A stretch of 64,000 nt of DNA from the human T2T-CHM13v2.0 reference genome, Homo sapiens, in NCBI RefSeq assembly GCF_009914755.1, contig NC_060947.1; one strand, given 5' to 3'. Below are positions 31,769-62,475 of the stretch, one piece after another; the first letter of the stretch is position 1; each line of letters begins with the position of its first letter. The notes under the pieces are model-generated. The model made no database searches and was not told the origin of the DNA. It worked only from the letters and a program-made list of their open reading frames with translations. The translations under genes were made by a program, and so were the position numbers.

Positions 31769-33230
31769 AACATATAAAATACCGAAATGGCAAAAGATAA
31801 AGCCTACCTGTTAAACTAAGGCATGGAAAGGATGGATATTTTAAGTGATTTTTACTATATTTTGGCCCTTGAAAGCCATTAGAAAGTGACTGCAAGTCGC
31901 CAGGATAATAAACCTGCATTGAGTTAGCTTAAGTGTGTTAAAAAGAAAAGAAAACAAAAAAAAGCTTTTTAAAATGTCCTTTGGTGTTAGCCATTTTCCT
32001 GCATCAGCCTTTAGCTGGAATGTCTTAGAAGTGAGCTTGGGAAAGTAGGGCTGTGGCCAGTTTCTTTCTATTCGTTCTGGGCCCCTTAGGCAGCTTCTCT
32101 TTTTAATAGCCTGCCACTTGTTGCTGTCCTTACCCTGAGAGGAAGGAAGGAAGAGTACAAGCGGCAGTAAGAGGCCAGAGAATGACCGGGTGGTAAACTG
32201 TGTGTGGAAGTGCGGAGGCTGGAGGCAAGAAGGTAACAGGCTGGGAGAAAAACACTCCCCTTATCTTCTAGGCCACCTACGCCTGCAGCCAACCCTGTTA
32301 GGTGAGGTACTGAAAATATACTGGGCTTTTTATTATTTTTACCACCCCCAAGCAGAGAGGCTCAGGGGAGGAGCAGACATGCAGCACAGGGTCTGCTTTG
32401 AAGTTTCTTAACCACAGTGTTTTTAAACATTTTGTAAAAAAGCAAAACAAACACTCCTTACTGCTGCGTCTATCTTCTGAAGATGACAGCAGCTGGCAGA
32501 GCTCGTCCCCCTCAGTCTAGTTAGCATTTAATATATGGCTATGGGAGAGCGCCCCTTATTAGTGGGCTCCTCCTCCAGGGCTCTGTACTCCGGGCTGCTC
32601 CACACTCCTTTGCCCACCTTAGGCTAGTAAGGTCCGGGTGCACATGGACTATTTCTCAGCCCTTTCCCTAGGGGGCCAGGGAAGACAAGGAATTGCTCGT
32701 CAACTGAGACATGTGAGGGGTGGCAGGGAAGGGCAGAAGTAGGAAAAGCAGCAGCACGGCAAGCAGCAGGCCACTTCCTGGGCACAGTTACTAAGGCACG
32801 TGACCATGGTGAGGCGGATCCTCAGGACTGGGCTGGAGCTGCCTGCAGCCACCCGGGGACTCGGTCTGTGCCTTTTGGCCTTCCCTCCGTCACCACAAAC
32901 CCAGAAAGGGGCAACCTGCCCAGGCTGCCAGTGACCAAGTGTGCACTCCATGGCATCTCAGCAACTCTCCTGCCCCAGGCCTCTGTGGGCAGCAAGAAAG
33001 CTAGAGCTATCTGGGATAAAACCCAGGAGGCAGCATGCAACTTCCCCTTTTACTCCAGTGAAACAGAAAAAAGACAAGGCCAGAAAGGCTGATGCTGGAA
33101 GTAGCAAATGGGAACTTGCATATTAGGAAGACAATCATAATCAGCCACTTTCCTTCCCTCCTGGACGCACCCCTCCAGCAGGGAAGTTAGTCGAGGAGAC
33201 GCAGCCACCCAATCATACAGATCATACAGA
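31769..33230 (-). other. Non-viral insert inside provirus, resembling a host mRNA 3'UTR
   Basis: No CA/NC/pro/dUTPase/RT motifs where they should lie, no Alu/L1 similarity, no long ORF, no polyA tail or TSD at the junctions. Confidence 0.7.
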
Positions 33231-33416
33231 TGTTCGCTGACCGGGGGTCTTATCTAAGAGCCGTCCCTTGGGCGGCCTCCAATCTCCTTAAGGGGGATGG
33301 AAGGCGCTGTTGGCTGAACAGGGCCAACAAATGCAGGTCCTTTTAAGGGTGGAGGAAAGAAGGGCAATGGCTTTTCTACAGGGGGAGGAAAAGGCTCCCG
33401 TCCGTCCTTATCCTCA

Positions 33417-33468
<52 letters not shown>

Positions 33469-33956
33469 TCCTTATGCCCTACAGAAGGGAATGAAGTAGA
33501 GAGAGGAGCACCCCCACCCCCCAACCACTGTTCTGGTTCCTGTTTGTCCTCACTAGAAAAAAACCTCTTCCTTATTCCCCATAGAAGGGAATGAAGTGGG
33601 GAGAGGAATCTCTCCCTTCAAATCTTCTGAATTCTTTTCAGGTGGAGATAATGGGCGATCTAACCACGATCTGGCAGATAAAGAGGATACAACGCAGAGC
33701 GTACCAGCGCCCAGGTGGTCAAAATAGTAACATTAGTAAAATGACCCTGCTCATATCCTCTTTTCAGGCAGCGACCTACCTGCTCTCATAACCCTAAATC
33801 TAAGGTTCCTTGATCAGGAAACCAAGGGCATTTCTGCCAAATTAAAAGCATAAGCTTGTGTAGAGCTCCAGGCTCTACAGTGCACTGGATAGCCTTAAGT
33901 AGCTGTTGCACTGTTTTAAAAAATACTTTCTGTTCTTTGGTCATTTCCTGACCCAT
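33231..33956 (-). pseudogene. Proviral gag remnant (MA and proline-rich region)
   Basis: ATG at 33956: MGQEMTKEQKVFFKTVQQLLKAIQCTVEPGALHKLMLLIWQKCPWFPDQGTLDLGL*EQVG, carrying the betaretroviral p10 CPWFP.GTL motif. Confidence 0.88.
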
Positions 33957-34079
33957 GATAACCCAACCCGCGATAGTTTACGCATGGGTCCCGTCCTCCT
34001 GATGGGAGTCAGGACTGTCCCTTACCAGGATTCCCCGAAAAGTAATGAGCTCTCCTCCTTCACGCGTAACTTCAAGGCG

Positions 34080-34097
34080 ATCACGTCGGGGTCACCA
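34080..34097 (-). promoter_or_regulatory. Primer-binding site complementary to tRNA-Trp
   Basis: Viral sense TGGTGACCCCGACGTGAT, 2 nt after the 5' LTR; matches the tRNA-Trp 3' end ATCACGTCGGGGTCACCA. Confidence 0.88.
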
Positions 34098-34099
34098 CT

Positions 34100-34501
34100 T
34101 GCAGAGCTTATAGCTTGCAGTGAACGCCAAGAATGAGTTCTCAGACAAATCCAGCTGAGGGGGGCCGGGGGCAGCTCTTCTAAGAGACTCCGCCCCAGCA
34201 TCTGTCCGCCAAGTATTCATTGAAAGGGCTTGTTAGACCACAAACATCCACTAGATGGCCTTTTTGAGGTCGGGTCATGAGACACCTGTGGCCTGGTAAA
34301 AGCACTCAAACCGCATTCTCGGGAGGCTGTTTTCAGCGTTCCTTATCACACCACACACTCCACTCCCCGTCCTGTTTTCAGGGTCAAGGAGTTTCATTCT
34401 CATGCACAAATAACATACACACAGTGCCTCAGTATGTTTCCATGCCCCGACCTCAAACGCCTTGTACATAAGCTTGAATATGTTGCCGTGCACCCCCGAC
34501 A
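34100..34501 (-). mobile_element. Proviral 5' LTR
   Basis: TGTCGGGGGTGCACGGC...AAGCTCTGCA with TG..CA termini, directly followed by the PBS. Confidence 0.92.
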
Positions 34502-34539
34502 CCCACTCCAGAGACAGAAATTACACCACTTTTCTATTG

Positions 34540-38350
<3,811 letters not shown>

Positions 38351-38353
38351 TTT

Positions 38354-38628
38354 CTTTTTTGAGATAGGGTCTCATTTTGTCACCCAGGCTGGAGTGCAGT
38401 GGTGCGATCTCAGCTCACCGCAGCCTCGACTTCCTGGGTTCGAGCGAGTCTCGTGCCTCAGGCCCAGATGTAGCTGGTCGCCACCACGCCCAGCTAGCTT
38501 TCGTATTTTTGGTAGAGGCAGGGTTTCGCCGTGTTGCCCAGGCTGGTCTCGAACTCCTGGCCTCATGTGATCCACCTGCCTCGGTCTCCCAAAGTGTTAG
38601 GATTACAAGCATGAGCCACCACACACAG
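38354..38628 (-). mobile_element. AluJ-like element
   Basis: GAGATAGGGTCTCA...CCTGCCTCGGTCTCCCAAAGTGTTAGGATTACA. Confidence 0.85.
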
Positions 38629-38839
38629 CACACTTGTTACTTTCTGCTTTGTGTGCCTTTCATCTTTTTTCTCTGGCCTAAGATTTTTGACTAAAAGTTG
38701 TAGTACTACGTTGCATAGCCGTGGTGAAAGGGAGCATCTTTGTCTTGCTCCTGATGTAGGTAGTATTGAAACCAGGGTCTTCCATCAGCTGTGGCAAGAA
38801 TGTAGTTAAAGAAAAGAATCAGACCAGAAATTGAGCCCC

Positions 38840-38995
38840 GGGGCTCTATATTTTTAAGAATCTGGGGTAAGGGAGCTTCCAGATAGCTGAACACATGGAA
38901 GTTCCTGGAGGGAGGTGCACCTGTGCCCTATGCATCTCTTTCATCTGGCTGTTCGTCTGTATCCTTTCTCATGTTCTTCATAATAAATGGGTAAC
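38840..38995 (+). mobile_element. MER21-like LTR fragment
   Basis: GAGCTTCCAGATAGCTGAACACATGGAAGTTCCTGGAGGG...CCCTATGCATCTCTTTCATCTG...TAATAAATGGGTAA. Confidence 0.55.
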
Positions 38996-39396
38996 ATATT
39001 TATTAATCAGTGATAAAACCCAACACGATACACTAACATGATTTTGTGCACTTAGAGGAGAAATATTTCCTAGTTAAGTAGGAAATTGTGCAAAAGGCCT
39101 CTGGAAGACCTTCATTCTAAACTGTTTTGTAGGGAAACATTTCATTTAGAAGTCTGGACATTCTTTCTTCCGTTTGCTGTAATCTGCATTCGCTGAGTAG
39201 AACTCGTATTGATCATCGGGACCCCGTTTATTCCAGGATTCTGAGGTATTCTTTCTGTCCCAACTAACTTTTGGGTTAAACAGTGTCAGATGCAAGACAT
39301 GCAGCCCTGATCTAGTGCCTCCTGCTCAAATAGATACAAATACAGAGATGTCGAACTCAAATGCTTTCTGGCCTGACCAAAGAGCTTCTGGAGCAT
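38995..39396 (-). pseudogene. NDUFA4: NDUFA4 (COXFA4) processed pseudogene, full-length CDS remnant plus 3'UTR
   Basis: ATG 39396 MLQKLFGQARKHLS, frameshift, then [64 protein letters not shown] (TAA 39146-39148); intronless; AATAAA at 38999-39004. Confidence 0.88.
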
Positions 39397-39774
39397 GTGT
39401 GAAGCCTGGAAGGAGAGAAGAACAAATATTTCAGGCCCAGGTCCAAGTAGGTCAATGCAGCATTTGATTTTTGGAGGAGACTTGGGTAATACAGAATTGA
39501 GTTAATCATAATCCTTATTTCATAACATGCTACCCGTGATTGATACGAGGCCCTGTTTGTTTATTTTAAAATGCAATGTGCCCCCATTTACCTATTACCC
39601 GATCCAATAACTAGACTATCAGTAGAAACCTGTATATCTACCTCTGAGCTCCCCTCACTGTAACCTCCTGAATCCCTTCACTTCCACCAGAGGCAACCCC
39701 AGCCTGAATTGTGTACTTGGCATTCCTTTGGTTTTTATTGCAAATAAGTATATATATAAAACAATATACCCTTT

Positions 39775-40059
39775 TTTTGTTTTTGAGACAGGGTCTCACT
39801 CTGATTGTTCGGTCTGAAGTGCAGTAGCATGATTTTGGCTCACTGCAGGCTCGACCTCCCTGGCTCAGGTGATTCTCCCACCTCAGTCTCCCGAGTACCT
39901 AGGAGTACAAGCGCGCGCTGTGATGTCTGGCTAATTTTTTGGAGAGACGGGGTTTAGCCATGTTGCACAGGCTGGTCTCAAACTCCTGGACTCAAGCACT
40001 CCACCCACCTCTGCCTCCCAAAGTGCTGGGATTACAGGCGTGAGCCACTGTGCTCGGCC
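39775..40059 (-). mobile_element. AluJ-like element
   Basis: GAGACAGGGTCTCACTC...CCTCCCAAAGTGCTGGGATTACAGGCGTGAGCCAC. Confidence 0.85.
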
Positions 40060-41064
40060 ATTAAACTCTTCAGTTTTGCTTGATTTTGAACCTTATGAAA
40101 AGGGTGTCACACGGTATGTAGTCTTGTGGGAATTACTTTTTTCATACTTATACTAACATTATCCATTGTTGACTATGGAACTGCAGTTCACCCATTTGCC
40201 TTGCTACATAGTGTATCATGGTGTGCATATACCACAGTTTAGGCATTCTCTTGTTCATGAGCATTTGCATTGGTCCCAGGTTTTTGCTACCGTGGCCAGT
40301 GCTGCTGTGAAATTCTTGTCCAGTGGACATTGATAGGAATTGCTGAGTTAGCAATGACCTACTTCATATATTGATGCCACATTGTTTTCCAAACTGGTTG
40401 TGTTCGTTTATATTCCCAACATGTTGCAAGCTGTATGAGATCCCACTGCTCTGCGTTATCTCTAACCTTTGATGTTGCTAGGTTTCTTATTCTTTGCCAA
40501 TCAAATGGGTACAAGATTTATCTTGAGGTCATGTTTAGCATTTCCCTGACTACTGATGAGCTGAGCATATCTTCATGTGTTTATTGGCCACATAGGTTCC
40601 TTCTTCTATGGAATTCCTGTTCATGATTTTTGCCTATTTTCTTACTGGGTTGTTTGTCTTTCTTATTGATTTCTACAAGTTCTCAAAATATATTATTGAT
40701 ACCAATCTTTTGTCAATTGTATATAGGATAAAGATCTTCTTCCAGCTTGCACCATGTATTTCCACTTTTATATGACGTCTTTTAAAAATTGAGGTATTAC
40801 CTACATACAGCAAATCACAGAAACATAAGTCTACAATTTTATCACAGTTATACACCCATGTAACCGCCATCCAGATCAAAATATAGAACATTTTCAACAT
40901 CCTCCCATCCCCAGAAAGAGAATTTTGAGAGAAAATGAGGAACCAGTAAAGACTGAGGAGTGATCACTGATATGGGAATAAGCCCTATGTCTTCTCCTGG
41001 TAATGGCAGATGAGATAATTCAGATAAACCCTGTGTGTTGGCCATCTGTTAGTTGGCCATCTGG

Positions 41065-41366
41065 TTTAACTCCATCTACAGCCTCCCTCCCTCTCTCTGG
41101 TGACTGGGCTGATATCACATAGTTCAATGCCCCAACCCTCTAGTCATATGATTGGTCTTTCTGGTCTGGCCAGCCTCCATTTGGAGTCATCTCATCACAC
41201 AAACTATCTAGGGGCCTCCCATGACTCACCTCATTAGCATAAACCATGAAGTGTGGTCCATGGGACCCATCAGGAATGACAGTGTCACTCAGGAAATTGC
41301 AAGGGATTAGAGGTTATCTCCCAGGACTCAGGGACAAAGTCCAAGCATCCCATTCTTTATTACACA
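41065..41366 (-). mobile_element. MER21-like LTR fragment
   Basis: CCCCAACCCTCTAGTCATATGATTGGTCTTTCTGG, CACCTCATTAGCATAAAC and TCACTCAGGAAATTGCAAGGG..GGGACAAAG motifs. Confidence 0.6.
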
Positions 41367-41448
41367 TTAAGTGCACAGAAAAATGCACATTATAAAAAAA
41401 ATTCATCTTATTGGGATCTTTCCAGATCCTGGGAATATAGAAATATAC

Positions 41449-41893
41449 TGCTATGGTTTGGATATGATTCGTCTGTCCCCGCCAAAACTTATGGGGAAAT
41501 TGGATCCCCAGTGTGGTGATGTTGGAAGGTGGGGCCTTGTGGGAGGTGTTCGGGTCATGGAGACAGATCCCTCATGAAGAGCTTGCTGCCGTTCTGGAGG
41601 TAGTGAGTGAGTACCGGCTCTGGTGAGACTGGATTAGTGCCCATGACGGTAGGTTTGTCATAAAGCCAGCATGCCCCTCGGTTTTTCCCTCTTTGCACGT
41701 GTCTGCTTCCCCTTTGGCCTTTTCCACTATGTTTTGGCCTAGCAGGTGGCTGTCACCAGAAGCTGAGCAGTTACTGGTGCCATGCTCCTCCTACTTCCCA
41801 GCTTGCTGAAACATGAGCTAAATCAACCTCTTTTATTTTTAAATTATCCAGTCTCAGGCGTTCTGTTACAGCAACACAAAACAGACTAAGACA
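41449..41893 (+). mobile_element. MST-family MaLR solo LTR
   Basis: TGCTATGGTTTGGATATG start; TAAATTATCCAGTCTCAGGCGTTCTGTTACAGCAACACAAAACAGACTAAGACA end. Confidence 0.85.
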
Positions 41894-41929
41894 CATGCTA
41901 ACAATGGCCCAAAAGAGGCAGAGATGGTA

Positions 41930-42000
41930 TAATGTTGGTGCAAAAGTAATTGCAGTTTTTGTCGTTACTTTTAATAGCAAAAACTTCTGCACCAACCCAA
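41930..42000. mobile_element. MADE1 (Hsmar1-derived MITE)
   Basis: TA|TAATGTTGGTGCAAAAGTAATTGC...TTCTGCACCAACCCAA|TA; palindromic TIRs with a TA TSD and a small deletion in the right TIR. Confidence 0.88.
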
Positions 42001-42002
42001 TA

Positions 42003-43446
42003 CCACAAACAACTCAATTCAAGAACTTACATGAAATGGACTAAATCTCTAAATCTTTTGAAGACACGAATTATCAAGACTCACCCAATATGAAATAACT
42101 TGAGTAGTCCTATAAAGACATTGAACTTTGGGAGGCCAAGCTGGGAGAATCGCCTGAGCCCAGAAGACCGAGACCAGCCTGGGCAACAAAGTGAGACCCT
42201 AGCTCTACAAAAAAATTTATATATAAAACGAAATGGAATTCATAGTAAAATACCTTCCAAAGAAGATATTCCAACCCACGTGGTTTCACTGGCAAATTCC
42301 ACCAAACATTCAAAGAAGAATTAATACCGATTCTACAATATCTCTTCCCAAAAATAGAACAGTAAAGACTACTTGTCAACACATTTTGTGAGGCCAGGAT
42401 CACCCTGATACCAAAACCACCCAAAGACTGTATAAAAGAAGCAAGCAAGCAAGAAACGACAGACCACCAACTCTCACGAACATAAATGCAAAAATCATCA
42501 CAAAATATTAGCAAATTGAATCCAGCAATGTCTAAAAAATATATAGCTCAACCATGTGAGGCTTATCCCAGGAATGCAGGGCTTATTGAATGTTAAAAAC
42601 AAACAATAAATTTATTCCATTATATTAATGGTCAATAAAAGAAAGAAATACATGATCATATGAATTGATGTAGAAAAAGCCTTTGGCAAAATTCAATATC
42701 CATTCAAGACATAAACTCTCAGCAAACTAAGAATAGAAAAGACCTTCCTCAGCTTGATAAGGGGAATCTGCAAGAAAACCCACAGCTAATATCATAGTTA
42801 ATAGTGAACACCTGAATGTTTTCCTCCTAAGTTCATGAACAATACAAGGATGTCTACTCTTGCCACTTCTATTCAACATCACACTTAGAAGTCCTTCCTA
42901 TTGTAATAATTCAAGAAATAGAATTAAAAGACTTTCAGATAGGAAAAGAAGAAATAAAACTGCCTGGTATTCACATACGACATTATTATCTATGCCGAGA
43001 ATTCCATGGAATCTACAAAAAAAAAAATTCCTAGAACTCATAAGTGAGTTTACTAAAGGTAGAGTGTATTTGCTCAATACACAAAAATCAACTGTATTTC
43101 TATATAAAGTAAGTATAGAAATAGAAACAAAACATTTAAAAACCAGTGACATTTACAATAACTGCAACAATGAAATACCTCGGCATGAATCAAAGAAATT
43201 CTACGTTCTGAAAATTACACAATGCTAATGAAAGAAATCCAGGAAGGCCTAAATGAATGGAATACACATGAGTGTACTGTGTTTACGAATGGAAACACTC
43301 AATAAATATATGAGTTCTCCTTGAACTGATCTATATATTTAACGCAATGCAATTAAAGTGATAGTAGGATTTTTTGTAGACATACACAACATGGTTCTAA
43401 AATTTATACTAAAAATCAAAAGAACTACAATCATTAAAACAATTTT
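42003..43446 (+). mobile_element. Old L1M ORF2 (RT region) with an Alu monomer fragment at ~42125-42215
   Basis: GAGGCCAGGATCACCCTGATACCAAAACCA, CCAGGAATGCAGGG and CCACTTCTATTCAACATC RT-region motifs. Confidence 0.75.
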
Positions 43447-43447
43447 A

Positions 43448-44079
<632 letters not shown>

Positions 44080-44199
44080 ATCTGACTTCTAAGACTCACC
44101 AGAGTACTACACTAATTACGACAAGGATGTTATTAGCAATGGGGTAGATATAAGTCAGCAGAAAAGACAGAGATTCCAGAAACAGACCCTAGATGTATT

Positions 44200-60117
<15,918 letters not shown>

Positions 60118-60362
60118 TCATTGTGTTTTTTTAAGATACTATAATTTTTAAGTGCCATCATTTAAATTTCACTTAAATTAGGCAGATTGCATTATTCATT
60201 CCCGTAAGCATAGAAACATAGTAACACTAAAAGATATTGAACACATTTTACAGTTGTCTGGCTATATTATATAAATGTGGTAAGCAACTTTTGTAGAGAT
60301 AGTACGTGTGTGATAATGTAATATTCTTTTCCAAGTTTGGGCTACAGTTGAATAAACTTTTT

Positions 60363-60737
<375 letters not shown>

Positions 60738-61059
60738 TAAATATGTATTTCTTGATGTGATTTTTGTGAGAAACGCTAAATCTTTTATAAATCATATTCT
60801 CACAGAATTGCCATGAGCTAAATAATAGTTTGTGGGTGATTTGCATTGTACAACAACTGTGAGACTTTTAGAATTATAAAAATATTTATCAACTTTTAGT
60901 GTGTTGTTTAAACAAATTATTGGAACATACTAAAGATATGAGTAGGATTTTTCTGAGTATTTTGGACGTGTACTCAGGCTAGCTTTCCTGTTTTTTTCAA
61001 AACAAAATAGTGTCTTTCCTCTTAAAATCAGTAAATCTGTTTTCTTGTTACAAAGAAGT

Positions 61060-62247
61060 TTACAATTTTAACTATTGTTAAGCATACAGTTTAGTAGTAT
61101 TAACTACATCCCCATTGCTGTACAACCGTCACCACTATCTATCTCTACAGGTTGTTTCATCTTCCCAATCAGAAACTATGTACCCATGAAATAACCCCGC
61201 ATTTTCTCTTCCCCCACTCAGATGCTGGAACACAGCATTCTACTTTCTGTTGATATGAATTTGATTACTCTAGGTACCTCATATAAATGGAATCACACAG
61301 TATTTTTTAATAATTTTTGCCTTTTGATCCATCCTATTCTCTGCAACCTCGTTGAATTTGTGTATTAACTTGTTCATTAGCTTTAGTAATGGTTTTGAAG
61401 ATTCTTTCAGGTTTTCTATGTATAGAATTGTGTCATCTGTGCATAGAGATAATTTTACATCTCCCTTACTAGTTTGAACGCACTTTGGTATTTTTTCTTG
61501 CCTAATTTCTCTGCATAGAACTTTTTTGATTGTGGTAAAAAGTAACATAAAACATACCATCATAATCATTTTTAAGTATACAGTACAGTAGTGTTACCTA
61601 CGTGAATGTTATTGTGCAACTGATCTCTAGAACATTTTCATCCTGCAAAACTGATTTATACCCACTGAACAACAACTCCCCTTTCCCCTGCCCTCCACAG
61701 CCCCTGGCAATCACCCTTTTACTTTTTGTTTCTAAGAGTTTGACTTTTAAAAGTACCTCATATAAGTATAATCATGTAATGTTTTTCTTTTTGTGACTGG
61801 CTTATTTCACTTAGCATAATGTCCTGAAGATTCATTCATGTTGTATCATATGACAGGATTTCCTTTTTTAAAGGCCAAATAATAGTTCATTGGATGTATA
61901 TGCCACCTTGTAAAAATCCATGCATCCATTCATGGAGAGTCAGGTTGTTTCTACCTCCTGGCTATTGTGAATAATACTGCCATGAATATGGGTGTGCAAA
62001 TACGTATTCAAGATCCTTTTTCAGGTCTTCTGGATATATACCCAGAAGTCGGATTGATGGATCATATTGAAGTAATTCTATTTTTAAATTTTGGAGAAAT
62101 TCCCATACTGTTTTTAATAATGGGTGCACCATCCCCAGTAGTGTACAAGGATTCCAGTTTCTGGGGTTTTTTTTTTTCTTAATAGTGGCCATCCCAACAA
62201 GCATGAGGTGATATTGTGGTTCTCATTTGTATTTCCCTGATGATTAG
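61060..62247 (-). mobile_element. L1MB 3' end fragments
   Basis: TTTGATTACTCTAGGTACCTCATATAAATGGAATC and GACTGGCTTATTTCACTTAGCATAATGTCC motifs. Confidence 0.7.
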
Positions 62248-62400
62248 TATCTTAGTCAATTCAGGCTGCTATAACAAAGTACCATAGACTGGATGGCTTA
62301 AAGAACAAATGTTTATTTCCCACAGTTCTGCAGACTGGGAAGTTCAAGGTAAAGGTGCTGGCAGATTCAGTGTCTGGTGACGGCCCTCTTCATGATGCAT
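62248..62400 (-). mobile_element. MLT1A-like MaLR LTR fragment
   Basis: TATCTTAGTCAATTCAGGCTGCTATAACAAAGTACCATAGACTGG...CCCACAGTTCTG..GACTGGGAAGTTCAAG. Confidence 0.75.
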
Positions 62401-62475
62401 GAGAAGCACCCGGCTCACAGAGGAGCTGCAAGCCTCTGTTCCACACAAAGAGCTAGAACCTGATAGAAACATGGG

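Larger units (their letters stand above)
28114..34501 (-). mobile_element. Defective betaretrovirus-like endogenous provirus (probably HERV-K HML-6/LTR3)
   Basis: Two ~400-bp LTRs, PBS, MA-type gag start, RT-connection/RNaseH/integrase, env and PPT in retroviral order; possible TSD CCCAT/CCCAC. The HML-6 assignment is from LTR size and recalled similarity only. Confidence 0.9.

Noticed and set aside
34080-34097. tRNA-Trp gene fragment
   Set aside because: Only the 3' 18 nt including CCA, adjacent to an LTR: this is a PBS.
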